Source: Acidobacteriota bacterium
Lineage (GTDB): Bacteria > Acidobacteriota > Vicinamibacteria > Vicinamibacterales > 2-12-FULL-66-21
DNA length: 64,000 bases
Assembly: GCA_046731735.1 (NCBI GenBank)
Contig: JBKPLP010000155.1
Location: 14,199 to 78,198 of the forward strand
Direction: 5' to 3'
In this document: piece by piece, positions 1 to 9,224 of the stretch
Layout: every line of letters starts with the position of its first letter
Position numbering within the stretch: the stretch's first letter is position 1
Position numbers and translations under genes: made by a program
The notes under the pieces: generated by a model
Told to the model about the DNA's origin: nothing
Database searches by the model: none
Seen by the model: only the letters and a program-made list of their open reading frames with translations

Positions 1-897
1 GAGCTCGCTCGCGAGCCGGTTGTTCAACGGTGCCGCGATGTCCAGCAGACGTCGGCGGCGTGACTGTTCTGCGTCTGCCGCCTGCTCCGGCGTCAAGGCG
101 TCGATCGCCTCCCACGGTTCAGTGGAGGCGACGAGAGTTACCGGCTGCCCGGCATACAGGTCGGCGCGGAAGTATCCAGGGCTGCAGAGCGATCCGACTG
201 ACTCGTACCCGCGCAGCTTCTCCATGACGTACGGCACCTGGGCACTGCCGATTTCGTCAAGGGTCAGTGCCGCGCCACGGCCGTGTAAACGCAGCCGTAA
301 GGGAGGCAACTCCGATCCGCCGGATACTTCATAGCGGTTCTTCGTTCCGGTGACGACATACGAGAGCGAAGAGCCCGTATTGACCGGAGATTCGTAACTG
401 CGGAAATGAACCGACGGCCTGAGCGTCAGACGCACCGGTCCCTCGCCTGCGACCAATCGATAGATCAGATGCGTCGTGTTCTGGCCGTGCGGCATGAGCA
501 CGCGCTTTTCGATCGTGAGGCCGTCGATCTCATAAGTCCACACCGGCAGCCCGAGCTCCAGGCGGAACTCCTTCAGGTGCTCCGTCCGGTCCGCGGCGTT
601 CACGCCGGCGACTTCGTCTTCGTCGCCCAGCCAGACGACCCGCCGATCCTTGAGCCGGACACGCTCGAGCAGGTGATTGAGCATCACCATCCTGCCAAGC
701 GGCGCCGGCAGCGACGCGATCAGAACGCCGTGGTACCGCCGCGTCACGACGCCGGCAACCGTCCCCGACGCGTAGCCCCCAAGACCATTCGTTACGAGCC
801 ACTCCCGCCGTGGCATGGGGGCGTCGATGTCGCGGTCGCGCGGGCGTTCGATGATTCGCGTGACATCGGTCCCGCCGCCGACCGCCGCAGGCTCCAT
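1..897 (-). CDS. glycogen debranching enzyme / amylo-alpha-1,6-glucosidase family protein, N-terminal part (3' end outside window)
   Basis: Absent from the ORF track because it has no stop in the window. My minus-strand translation reads ...MPRREWLVTNGLGGYASGTVAGVVTRRYHGVLIASLPAPLGRMVMLNHLLE..., a typical N-terminus of bacterial/archaeal-type debranching enzymes. In-frame ATGs at 897 and 816. Adjacent to treZ. Confidence 0.7.
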   Translation of the reverse strand, partial: MEPAAVGGGTDVTRIIERPRDRDIDAPMPRREWLVTNGLGGYASGTVAGVVTRRYHGVLIASLPAPLGRMVMLNHLLERVRLKDRRVVWLGDEDEVAGVNAADRTEHLKEFRLELGLPVWTYEIDGLTIEKRVLMPHGQNTTHLIYRLVAGEGPVRLTLRPSVHFRSYESPVNTGSSLSYVVTGTKNRYEVSGGSELPPLRLRLHGRGAALTLDEIGSAQVPYVMEKLRGYESVGSLCSPGYFRADLYAGQPVTLVASTEPWEAIDALTPEQAADAEQSRRRRLLDIAAPLNNRLASEL

Positions 898-904
898 CAC
901 ACGA

Positions 905-2776
905 TCAGTCGTCATCGTCGTCAGCCACCGGTACCGGGCCGAGGAGCAACGCCGCTTCTCCGGGCAGGCGCCACAACGCATTCGGGTGTACGGGGGCGGT
1001 CCCGTGTCCGCCGTACTTCACCGACTCGCTGCTCCATAGCACGCGCCACTTCGCTCGTTCCGGAGGTCCGAGCAGCGGCTCCGGCGTCGGGCTCAAGTCG
1101 AGGTCGCAGCCAAGGTTCAACACCAAGAGGCGGTCTCCGTCGGGCGAGAAAAAGCGGAGCGCCATGGTTTCCGGCGCGAGCACCGCGCCATCGACCCGGA
1201 CCGGGTGGGTGATCGCCCTGCTGCTTCGGCGAATCTGCAGAAGATCACGGTGCAGCGCGTAGCTATGCGTGTGGGTCTTGCGCTCGTCGAGATTCAGCTT
1301 ACAGCGCTCGAACGTCTCCTCCGCATCAGGGGGTGCCAGCAGCGGGGCCACTTCCGGATCGAGGACGCTCGAAAACTGCGCCAGGAATTCGAAGCGTCCC
1401 TTGCGGATGCCCTCACGCAGCTCCCCCTTGTGATCCGCGAAATACAGGAAAGGCGCTGACGATGAGAACTCCTGGCCCTGGAACAGTAACGGGGTCCCTG
1501 GGCCGAGCAGCGTCAGCGCCGTCAGTGCGCGGAAGCGGGCGGGCGACGACATTTGATGCACGCGGCGCCCCAGCGCCGAGTTCGCGACCTGATCGTGATT
1601 CTCGATGTACGAGACGAACGAGTGCGGCGGCAGGTCGAGCGACGACGTGCCGCGGCGCTTTTTCTGCCAGGTGTACCACTGGCCCTGATACAGATAGCCG
1701 TACTTCGCAGAGGAGATCAGCTCCTGAACGCTCCCTTTGTAATCGCTGTAGTACGCTTCGCGCCAGCCGGTCAGCGCGACGATGGCGCTGTGATGAAAGT
1801 CGTCGTTCCAGAGCGAATCGAGCCCATGACCGCCCTGCGACACAGGCCGCACGAGGGTGCTTTCCTGCGGTTCGTTCTCGGCGATGAGATACAGCCGCTT
1901 CGATCCGCCGGCCGCGCGCGCGCGCCGGACGATCGACGCGATGACATGCTCCTTCGAGGTGTGGTCCTGGATGTCCTGCGTCGCGTCGAGCCGAAGGCCA
2001 TCGAAATGGAACTCGTCGATCCAGTAACCGGCATTCTCGACGAAGAAGGCCCGCGCCGGCCCGGACGTCTCGAAATTGATCGCGCGGCCCCAGTCGTTCT
2101 TGTATCGATCGGTGAAGTAATCGTTCGAGAACTCGCCCAGATAGTTGCCGTCGGGGCCGAGATGGTTGTAGACGACGTCGAGGATGACGCCGATGCCGAG
2201 CGCATGCGCGCGGTCGATGAAGGCACGAAGATCGTCGGGCGTGCCGTAAAGCCGCGTCGGCGCGTACAGGTCGACGCCGTCGTAACCCCAGCCGAAGCGG
2301 CCGGGAAACTCGGCGATCGGCATCAGCTCGACGACGGTGATCCCGAGAGACTGCAACTCCTCGAGCTGCGTCTTCGCCGCATTCCACGTTCCTTCGGGCG
2401 TGAACGTGCCGGCGTGGAGCTCATAGATCACCTGTCCGAGGGGATCGACGCCTTGCCACGATTGATCCGTCCACGGAAACGGCTCCGGATCGACGATCAT
2501 CGAGGGTCCGTGTGGTCCGTCCGGTTGGAAGCGGGAGACGGGATCGGGGCGCAGACGATCCCCGTCGAGCCGGAACCAGTAGCGCGTACCCGCGGCGGCC
2601 TTGGGAATTCTCGCCTCGAAATAGCCGTCCTCCACGCGCTCGAGCGCGTGGGCGGTTCCGCCATCGATCACGAAGTCGACGCGGCCGCACGCCGGAGCCC
2701 AGACTCGTGCGTGCGCGCCGCCGTCCTTGAGTAATTCGACGCCTGCTGACAGGCGCCGCGATATCGAAACCGGCAT
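905..2776 (-). CDS. treZ: malto-oligosyltrehalose trehalohydrolase (GH13)
   Basis: 623-aa ORF. N-terminal E-set region followed by GH13 motifs (GVILDVVYNH, GLRLDA, IAENE, NHD). Confidence 0.88.
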   Translation of the reverse strand: MPVSISRRLSAGVELLKDGGAHARVWAPACGRVDFVIDGGTAHALERVEDGYFEARIPKAAAGTRYWFRLDGDRLRPDPVSRFQPDGPHGPSMIVDPEPFPWTDQSWQGVDPLGQVIYELHAGTFTPEGTWNAAKTQLEELQSLGITVVELMPIAEFPGRFGWGYDGVDLYAPTRLYGTPDDLRAFIDRAHALGIGVILDVVYNHLGPDGNYLGEFSNDYFTDRYKNDWGRAINFETSGPARAFFVENAGYWIDEFHFDGLRLDATQDIQDHTSKEHVIASIVRRARAAGGSKRLYLIAENEPQESTLVRPVSQGGHGLDSLWNDDFHHSAIVALTGWREAYYSDYKGSVQELISSAKYGYLYQGQWYTWQKKRRGTSSLDLPPHSFVSYIENHDQVANSALGRRVHQMSSPARFRALTALTLLGPGTPLLFQGQEFSSSAPFLYFADHKGELREGIRKGRFEFLAQFSSVLDPEVAPLLAPPDAEETFERCKLNLDERKTHTHSYALHRDLLQIRRSSRAITHPVRVDGAVLAPETMALRFFSPDGDRLLVLNLGCDLDLSPTPEPLLGPPERAKWRVLWSSESVKYGGHGTAPVHPNALWRLPGEAALLLGPVPVADDDDD

Positions 2777-2785
2777 CCGAAAACT

Positions 2786-4348
2786 CTACGTCAATCTCGC
2801 AACGCGTCTGCGTTCGCGACCGGTCAGCCGCGCAATCTCCGCCGTCAGCACCGAGGGCTCGATGGGTTTCGGCACGTGGCGCTGCACCTCCGCAATCATC
2901 TGTCCCAGGCGGGTATCGCTGCGGGCAAATGTCGTCAACGCGAGTGCCGGGATGCGGCCGCCGCGCTCGGAGTCGAGCGAATGCACTTTTCCGACCAGCG
3001 CATAGGAATCGTGCGCCGGCGACGCCGCGTCGCTGATCAGCACGTCCGGACTCCAGCGCTCCAGCCATTCGAGCGCGTCGGCGACCGAGCCCACCGTCTG
3101 CACGTTGGCGCCGCGCTGCCACAGCACCGTCCGGACCAGCTCACGCCCGTCCAGATCTTGATCGAGGACCAGCACGCGCAACCCCTCGAGCGGCGCTTGC
3201 GACGACATGCGAACGGCGGGCGTCGCCTCCTCCGGGACCTTCGACGGCAGCAGTTCGGGTGACTGAAGCGGCAACCGCACGGTGAACATCGCCCCGGGAG
3301 CGTCCGTCCGGTTCTGCGCCGCGATTTCGCCGCCCTGCAGCGTCACCAGCTCGCGCACGAGGGCCAGCCCGACGCCGAGACCACCGAACGCGCGCGTGCT
3401 CGAGGAATCCTGCTGAGTGAAGCGATCGAATATGCGAGGCAGAAACGCGGGATCGATGCCGGAGCCGCTGTCGGCCACGGTGACTGTCGCCTCAGCGCCG
3501 TGCGACTCCACGACGAGCTGCACGGTACCGCCGCGCGGTGAGAATTTGATCCCGTTCGACAACAGATGCCAGACAACCTGGCGCAAGCGTGACGCGTCGC
3601 CGAGAACGACGACCGGCGTGGCCGGCAGCGAGACCTGGATATCGACCCCTTTGGCGCGCGCCGCAGATTCCACCGACAGAACGGCCTGCTGCGCCGCGTC
3701 ATTCAGCGTCGTCGGCTGACTCTCGAGGTGCAGTTCACCCGTCAGCGCTCGTGAGACGTCGAGCAGATCGCCCGTGAGCTGCGCCTGGAGCTTGGCGTTG
3801 CGCTCGATCGATTCGAGTCCGCGCGCCGACGTGTCCCCATCGAGCTTCCCGCTGCGCATCAAGTGCACCCATCCGAGCACCGCGTTGAGTGGCGTCCGCA
3901 GCTCGTGCGAGACGGTCGCCAGGAACTGATCTTTTGTCCGGTTCGCCGCTTCGCTCTCGCGCCGTGCGACCTGCGCGACGCGCGCCTGTTGATCGGATGT
4001 ACGTCGCGCGGCCCTCAGCTCGGAGATCACCGCAACGAGCATCAGCGCCTGAACGACGAACATCGCGAGATGGGTCGCCACCGAGACGTCGATCGGTGCG
4101 AGTCTCCCGGCTTCCTCCGCCCCCAGAACGGCCCCCAGGACCGTCGCCGCCAGCGCCGGCCCGGTGCCGGCGAACCAGGCGCTCGCCATCACCGCGATAC
4201 CCAGAAGAATGAACTTCGCCGGCTCATCAACGGGCCAGCCCGACAGGTGATCGACGACGAATACAACAGCGACAGCGGCGAGGGCGATCGTGAAGCGCAA
4301 AGGGGCAGGAAATGTCGGAAACGGATAAGCGTCGGGTGTGCCTCTCAT
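2786..4348 (-). CDS. hybrid sensor histidine kinase/response regulator
   Basis: N-terminal membrane segments, HisKA H-box (SHELRTPLNAV), HATPase_c (G-x-G motifs) and a C-terminal REC domain (VLVLDQD...DVLISD). Confidence 0.85.
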   Translation of the reverse strand: MRGTPDAYPFPTFPAPLRFTIALAAVAVVFVVDHLSGWPVDEPAKFILLGIAVMASAWFAGTGPALAATVLGAVLGAEEAGRLAPIDVSVATHLAMFVVQALMLVAVISELRAARRTSDQQARVAQVARRESEAANRTKDQFLATVSHELRTPLNAVLGWVHLMRSGKLDGDTSARGLESIERNAKLQAQLTGDLLDVSRALTGELHLESQPTTLNDAAQQAVLSVESAARAKGVDIQVSLPATPVVVLGDASRLRQVVWHLLSNGIKFSPRGGTVQLVVESHGAEATVTVADSGSGIDPAFLPRIFDRFTQQDSSSTRAFGGLGVGLALVRELVTLQGGEIAAQNRTDAPGAMFTVRLPLQSPELLPSKVPEEATPAVRMSSQAPLEGLRVLVLDQDLDGRELVRTVLWQRGANVQTVGSVADALEWLERWSPDVLISDAASPAHDSYALVGKVHSLDSERGGRIPALALTTFARSDTRLGQMIAEVQRHVPKPIEPSVLTAEIARLTGRERRRVARLT

Positions 4349-4428
4349 CGCCAGGGACCGTTTCCGCGCCGGGGTGCACGCGCGTTACCTCTCGGAAACG
4401 CTTTCGCAACGCCCATGCCACGCACGGT

Positions 4429-5142
4429 TCAGTCAGCGGAAGTTCTTGAAGGATGCTCGGAGGCCGCGATATCGGGCGCATCGACGGTTTCCGGCGGTTC
4501 CGCACCGACCGCGCTGGTGCGGTCCACCTGCTCTGGAGTTGCCGACTCCGCCGGCCCGAGAACCTCGTCGATCAATCCGTAGTCGCGGGCGCGAACGGCG
4601 TCGAGATAGAAGTCGGTCCGCTTGGTGTCGCGGATGATCTGGCGCAGCGGCTTGCCCGAGCGCTCAGCGAGAATGCGGTAGATCTGGCTTTGCATCTGCT
4701 TCAGACGATCCAGATGCTGCGCTGCCGCGGTCGTGGACTGCCAGCCGGCCCACTTGGCTGGTTCGTGGATCATGATCCAGGAATGCGGGAATGCGAGGCG
4801 CCGTCCCGGGCTCGCTGCCTGCAGCACGACCGAGCCCATCGAGTAGGCCATTCCCTGCACCACAATCGTGATTTGGACGCCCTTTGAGACGAGATAGCGG
4901 ATCGAGTCGTGGATGGCCAGACCGTCCGTGACATTGCCACCCGCGCTGTTGATATAGACGGTGATGGGGTTATCGCCTTCGTTGGCCAGCTCGCGCAGCC
5001 GCTCAATGGCCGAGCGCGCCGTATCTTTTTCGATATCTCCAATGATGTAGATGTCGCGCAGCTGATCAGCTTGTTCCTTGCGGACGATCTCCTTGACTGC
5101 CTCGATCAGCTCGTTGAGCAGACGGTCGTTCATTTCGCCCAT
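4429..5142 (-). CDS. ClpP-family serine protease (stand-alone, with N- and C-terminal extensions)
   Basis: ClpP-like motifs are present: INSAGGNV, GMAYSMGSVVL (Ser), IMIHEP (His). I trimmed the listed 305-aa ORF to MGEMNDRLL because its upstream part overlaps the next gene. Confidence 0.7.
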   Translation of the reverse strand: MGEMNDRLLNELIEAVKEIVRKEQADQLRDIYIIGDIEKDTARSAIERLRELANEGDNPITVYINSAGGNVTDGLAIHDSIRYLVSKGVQITIVVQGMAYSMGSVVLQAASPGRRLAFPHSWIMIHEPAKWAGWQSTTAAAQHLDRLKQMQSQIYRILAERSGKPLRQIIRDTKRTDFYLDAVRARDYGLIDEVLGPAESATPEQVDRTSAVGAEPPETVDAPDIAASEHPSRTSAD

Positions 5143-5195
5143 ACTGTGGCAGCTCTTCGCATGCCGCGTGCCGGATTCGCGCAGCTCAGCCGTAT

Positions 5196-5801
5196 TCAGC
5201 GCGCGGCCCTGGGAATAACGAATTTTTCGGCGGTGTGGGTGTCGGAGAAACTCACGACCTTTACATCTACCAGACCGGCGTGTTTCCCCGCTGACATCAC
5301 CTCGGCTTCCGTGATGGCTTTCGAACCCTTGGGACGGATTACCCACAACGCACCGGCAGCTTTCAGTGCGCCTCTCAGATCCGTCAGCCGTGCCAGGGCG
5401 GCGCGGGATTCGGCGCCATAGAAAATCAAATCCACGGAGCCGCCTGCGCGGGTGGTCACCCTCAGGCCGAGGGTGTTCAATTCCTCAACGAGATCCGCGT
5501 GCCGCGCTCCGGCAATGAGGACCGACATCCCCGCCTTCGCACCGAGCTTGTCGATACGCGAGGGCGGGTTCATGATGCGCTGCGCCCACCGGGCAGCAAC
5601 GGGCCCGAGCTCCAGGACGGCAGTCTTTCGCCCGAACTGAATCGTCAGCGAGCCGTCCTTCGCTGTCGCAGACGTGACATCCCTGATGGGGATTACCACC
5701 CGGTCGGCTCCTCGCACGATCAACTCGTGCTGCTCCAGGACGGCTTTCCCTTTGACGCTGCGTCCGTCGAGCCGCAGCGTGCACGCGGCGTCATACCCCA
5801 T
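5196..5801 (-). CDS. DUF3052-like domain protein
   Basis: Trimmed to MGYDAACTLRLDG. The C-terminal half resembles DUF3052 (KLGAKAGMSVLIAG...DLIFYGAES...). Its start overlaps the stop of the upstream gene. Confidence 0.5.
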   Translation of the reverse strand: MGYDAACTLRLDGRSVKGKAVLEQHELIVRGADRVVIPIRDVTSATAKDGSLTIQFGRKTAVLELGPVAARWAQRIMNPPSRIDKLGAKAGMSVLIAGARHADLVEELNTLGLRVTTRAGGSVDLIFYGAESRAALARLTDLRGALKAAGALWVIRPKGSKAITEAEVMSAGKHAGLVDVKVVSFSDTHTAEKFVIPRAAR

Positions 5802-6294
5802 GGAATTTGGCCTCCAATGCCGCCAGATATGCGTTGATGGTGGCCTCGTACCCGAAGACGAAGCGCGCCATGAATCGAAACAACGGGTTGTAGATCTCGC
5901 CGTCCTCCGAAATGCGCAACCGGCTGCCATGCGGCGCCGGCGCGATCTCGAAGGTCCAGGTGCCGCCGAACGGCAGATTCGGATCGGCGATGCGGCTGAC
6001 CAGGACCTTCGGCGCGTCCATGCGCTCGAACGCGAACGTCATCCTCCCCGACTTGCCGTCTTCTATCCACATCGGTTTGCCGTCACGATCGGTGAGGCGG
6101 GTGATCCGCTTCACGTCGCGGCGCCATGAGGGAAACGCCTCGACGTCGGTGAGTGTGCGCCAGAGCGGTTCCGGCGGGACGGGAAGCATTCGCTCGGCGG
6201 ACGCGTGGTGCGAACGCGGCAGGCGCGAACCAATCAAAACGGCGATGCCCGCAATAGCGCCGACGACGATTAACCCAAGTGCGACCCACTTCAT
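5791..6294 (-). CDS. SRPBCC (START/polyketide-cyclase-like) family protein with N-terminal membrane anchor
   Basis: 167-aa ORF with a TM helix followed by an SRPBCC-like pattern (LWRTLTDVEAFPSWRRDV...). Confidence 0.6.
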   Translation of the reverse strand: MKWVALGLIVVGAIAGIAVLIGSRLPRSHHASAERMLPVPPEPLWRTLTDVEAFPSWRRDVKRITRLTDRDGKPMWIEDGKSGRMTFAFERMDAPKVLVSRIADPNLPFGGTWTFEIAPAPHGSRLRISEDGEIYNPLFRFMARFVFGYEATINAYLAALEAKFHGV

Positions 6295-6773
6295 GGCGTA
6301 CTCCGTTGTTCCGCGCCGGTTTCGTTCGACGTGGTCACGCGCGAGGCTGCCTCCGCCAGCAGCGCGAGCCCGCGCACGGCAAGCGCGCGTTCCTCTTCCG
6401 TCAGCGCCGCCACCAGCGCTTCCACTCGCGGCGCATCGAGCACGGACGCCGAGTCGCGGACGCGGACGCCTGCTGATGTCAGGCGCACGTGGACGCGCCG
6501 TCGATCCGCCGCATCACGCGCGCGTACCGCGTAGCCTTGACGTTCCAAGCGATCGATTGCGATCGACATCGTTGCCGCCGTGACGCCCATGTGACGCGCG
6601 AGATCGTTCACAGTGGTCGGATCGATCTCGTCGAGGTGGTCGAGGATGCTGGCTTGATGGCGGCTGAGGAGGCGGTGTGATTCCGCGTCGCGGACGTGGC
6701 GCGTGTGACAGGCGAAGTAGATGCGGGGATAGAGCGCCATCACCTGGCGTGCCGCATCGCGGCTGGATTTCAC
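6291..6773 (-). CDS. MarR family transcriptional regulator
   Basis: 160-aa ORF with a winged-HTH MarR pattern (VNDLARHMGVTAATMSIAIDRLERQGYAVR). GTG start. 4-bp overlap with the downstream SRPBCC gene. Confidence 0.85.
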   Translation of the reverse strand: MKSSRDAARQVMALYPRIYFACHTRHVRDAESHRLLSRHQASILDHLDEIDPTTVNDLARHMGVTAATMSIAIDRLERQGYAVRARDAADRRRVHVRLTSAGVRVRDSASVLDAPRVEALVAALTEEERALAVRGLALLAEAASRVTTSNETGAEQRSTP

Positions 6774-6779
6774 GGCGGT

Positions 6780-6808
6780 ATTAAACCAATTTTATTTTGT
6801 TTTGTCAA
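6780..6808 (-). promoter_or_regulatory. candidate sigma-70 promoter of marR (TTGACA-N17-TTTAAT), predicting a leaderless transcript
   Basis: Minus strand reads TTGACAaaacaaaataaaattggTTTAATaccgccGTG. The -10 element ends 6 nt before the GTG start. It lies in the only AT-rich stretch of this spacer. An imperfect palindrome AAATTACCGTAAATT is nearby. Confidence 0.4.
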
Positions 6809-7010
6809 AGCAATATAAATTACCGTAAATTGTTCTAAACCTGCGGCATCGCTCTTCCGTCCAATTGCACGGCCGCTGAAAAATTGGTGGAGAGAACTGA
6901 CCGGATCCGGGACGGCCCGTGTCCGAAGGCGGTCAATCCACGGGGCGTCCAACCGTCGCGGTGGCCCCATAACTATAAGCTGCAGCGGTAATTAGAAGTA
7001 CTCTCAGCGC

Positions 7011-7026
7011 TGGCACTCGAATTGGA
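7011..7026 (+). promoter_or_regulatory. candidate sigma-54 (-24/-12) promoter
   Basis: TGGCACtcgaaTTGGA compared with the consensus TGGCAC-N5-TTGCW. It lies 53 nt upstream of the adaptor gene start. The operon itself encodes a sigma-54-dependent activator. Confidence 0.55.
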
Positions 7027-7078
7027 CTATCTGGCTGGTGCCGGAGTCTCCCTCTCCGGACTCAGTACAGAGGCAACA

Positions 7079-8356
7079 ATGGTCGACATCGCACGTCCGT
7101 CGCAAGCAAAGAAGAAACGCATTCGCCGCATCCTTTACGGAAGCGGTGCGCTCCTCGTCATCATCCTCATTACCGTTGGCGTCTCGCGGCTGAAACCCGC
7201 GGCGCCATCGATCGAGCGCGCCACCGTCTGGATGGACGCGGTCAAGCGTGGGTCGATGCTCCGCCAGGTCCGCGGATCCGGCACGCTCGTGCCCGAAGAC
7301 ATCCGCTGGGTCACGTCGACAACGCAAGGGAAGGTCGAGCGCATCGTACTGCGTCCCGGCGCGACGGTGACGCCGGCCACGGTCATCCTCGAGTTGACCA
7401 ACCCCGAACTCGAGCAGTCGGTCCGAGACGCCCAGCTCGGCTATCAATCCGCACAGGCCGCCTTCGTCAACCGCAAGCAGGAGCTCGAGAGCCAGCTCCT
7501 CAACCAGCAGGCGGATGTCGCGGGAATCAAGGCGTCCTACAACAACGCGGCACTTCAACTCGAAGCGCAAGAGAAGCTCTTCAAGGATGGGCTGGTTTCG
7601 GAGATTCAGCTCAAGCAGTCGCGCACGGCAGCGGCGGAACTCGATAATCGTCTGAAAATCGCCCAGCAGCGTCTCGACATGCAAACGGCCGGGATCAAAT
7701 CGCAACTGGCGCCGCAGGAAGCGGACGTGGATCAGCGTCGCGCCAATTACGAGCTTCGCCGCCGGCAGCTCGAGGACCTCAAGGTCAAAGCCGGCATGTC
7801 GGGCGTGCTCCAGGAGATTCCAGTCGAGCGCGGTGCGCAGGTTGCACCGGGCGCCAACCTCGCGCGCGTTGCAGATCCGACGAACCTCAAGGCAGAACTG
7901 CGCATCGCGGAAACACAGACGAAGGACATCCGCATCGGACAGACGGCCGAAGTGGACACGCGGCAGGGCACCGTGAAGGGACACGTGGCGCGCATCGATC
8001 CGAAATCAACCGGCGGCACCGTCGGGGTCGACATCATCCTCGAAGGCGCTCTCCCCTCGGGATCCCGCCCTGATCTCAGCGTCGATGGCACAATCCAGCT
8101 CGAGAAGCTGGACAGCGTCATCTACGTCGGCCGTCCGGCCTTCGGCCAGGAGAACAGCACGGTCTCGCTCTTCAAAGGGCTCCCCAGCGGCTGCCTGCCC
8201 TCGACTTGCACCGAGGCGGTTCGCACGACCGTCAAGCTGGGACGCAGCTCGGTGAGCCAGATCGAGATCGTCGACGGGCTCCAGCCCGGCGACGTGGTGA
8301 TTCTGTCGGACATGTCCGCACAGGACTCGTTCGATCGCATTCGGATTGGTGGATAA
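7079..8356 (+). CDS. efflux transporter periplasmic adaptor subunit (HlyD/MacA family)
   Basis: N-terminal TM anchor, long coiled-coil region and a beta-barrel C-terminus. Start chosen at MVDIARPSQAKKKR (ORF track lists 7022). Confidence 0.8.
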   Translation: MVDIARPSQAKKKRIRRILYGSGALLVIILITVGVSRLKPAAPSIERATVWMDAVKRGSMLRQVRGSGTLVPEDIRWVTSTTQGKVERIVLRPGATVTPATVILELTNPELEQSVRDAQLGYQSAQAAFVNRKQELESQLLNQQADVAGIKASYNNAALQLEAQEKLFKDGLVSEIQLKQSRTAAAELDNRLKIAQQRLDMQTAGIKSQLAPQEADVDQRRANYELRRRQLEDLKVKAGMSGVLQEIPVERGAQVAPGANLARVADPTNLKAELRIAETQTKDIRIGQTAEVDTRQGTVKGHVARIDPKSTGGTVGVDIILEGALPSGSRPDLSVDGTIQLEKLDSVIYVGRPAFGQENSTVSLFKGLPSGCLPSTCTEAVRTTVKLGRSSVSQIEIVDGLQPGDVVILSDMSAQDSFDRIRIGG

Positions 8357-8401
8357 GACATGAGGCGGTCCATACAGGGCTGCCCTACATAAGGAGCCAC
8401 G

Positions 8402-9154
8402 ATGAACACGTCCGCGCCCACGCTGATCCATCTCGACGGCGTCACCAAGGTCTTCTTCACCGACGAAGTCGAGACGCACGCGCTTGCCGGGATTCACCTC
8501 GACATCAAGACCGGCGAGTACATCGCGATTGCCGGGCCATCGGGCTGCGGCAAGTCGACGCTGCTCTCGATCCTCGGCCTGCTCGACTCGCCGACCGAGG
8601 GCAAGTACACGCTCAACGGCAAGTCGGTGGCGGACCTGCCGCTCTCCGAACGGGCGCGCGTGCGCAACCGCGAGATCGGGTTCATCTTTCAGAGCTTCAA
8701 CCTGATCGGCGACCTGAACGTGTACGAGAACGTCGAGCTTCCGCTCACCTACCGCGGCATGAAGTCGGCGGAACGCAAGGAGCGCGTCATGGCGGCGCTC
8801 GAGAAGGTCGGCATGGCGCACCGGGCCAAGCACCTCCCGAGCCAGCTGTCCGGCGGTCAGCAGCAGCGTGTCGCAGTCGCGCGCGCGGTCGCGGGAGCCC
8901 CCTCAATCCTGCTGGCGGACGAGCCCACCGGAAACCTCGACTCCAAAAACGGCGAGGCGGTCATGGAGCTGCTGCGGGAGCTGCACCGCGAGGGGGCGAC
9001 GATCTGCATGGTGACGCACGATCCGCGCTACGCCCGGCACGCCGATCGCTCCATCCACCTGTTCGACGGCCGCGTCGTCGAGGAAGACGAAGCGGTGAAG
9101 CAGCGGGCGGAGAAAGACCAGCTCGAGGAAAGCGGCTTCGACATGTCACACTGA
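8402..9154 (+). CDS. ABC transporter ATP-binding protein (MacB/LolD-type ATPase)
   Basis: Walker [10 protein letters not shown], signature LSGGQQQRV, Walker B ILLADEPT and an H-loop. Confidence 0.9.
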   Translation: MNTSAPTLIHLDGVTKVFFTDEVETHALAGIHLDIKTGEYIAIAGPSGCGKSTLLSILGLLDSPTEGKYTLNGKSVADLPLSERARVRNREIGFIFQSFNLIGDLNVYENVELPLTYRGMKSAERKERVMAALEKVGMAHRAKHLPSQLSGGQQQRVAVARAVAGAPSILLADEPTGNLDSKNGEAVMELLRELHREGATICMVTHDPRYARHADRSIHLFDGRVVEEDEAVKQRAEKDQLEESGFDMSH

Positions 9155-9224
9155 GCGCCAGCAGCCAGCTCCACGCTTCCACGACCGGAGACCGTGACCC
9201 CTGGAAGCCGGAAGCTGGACGCTG

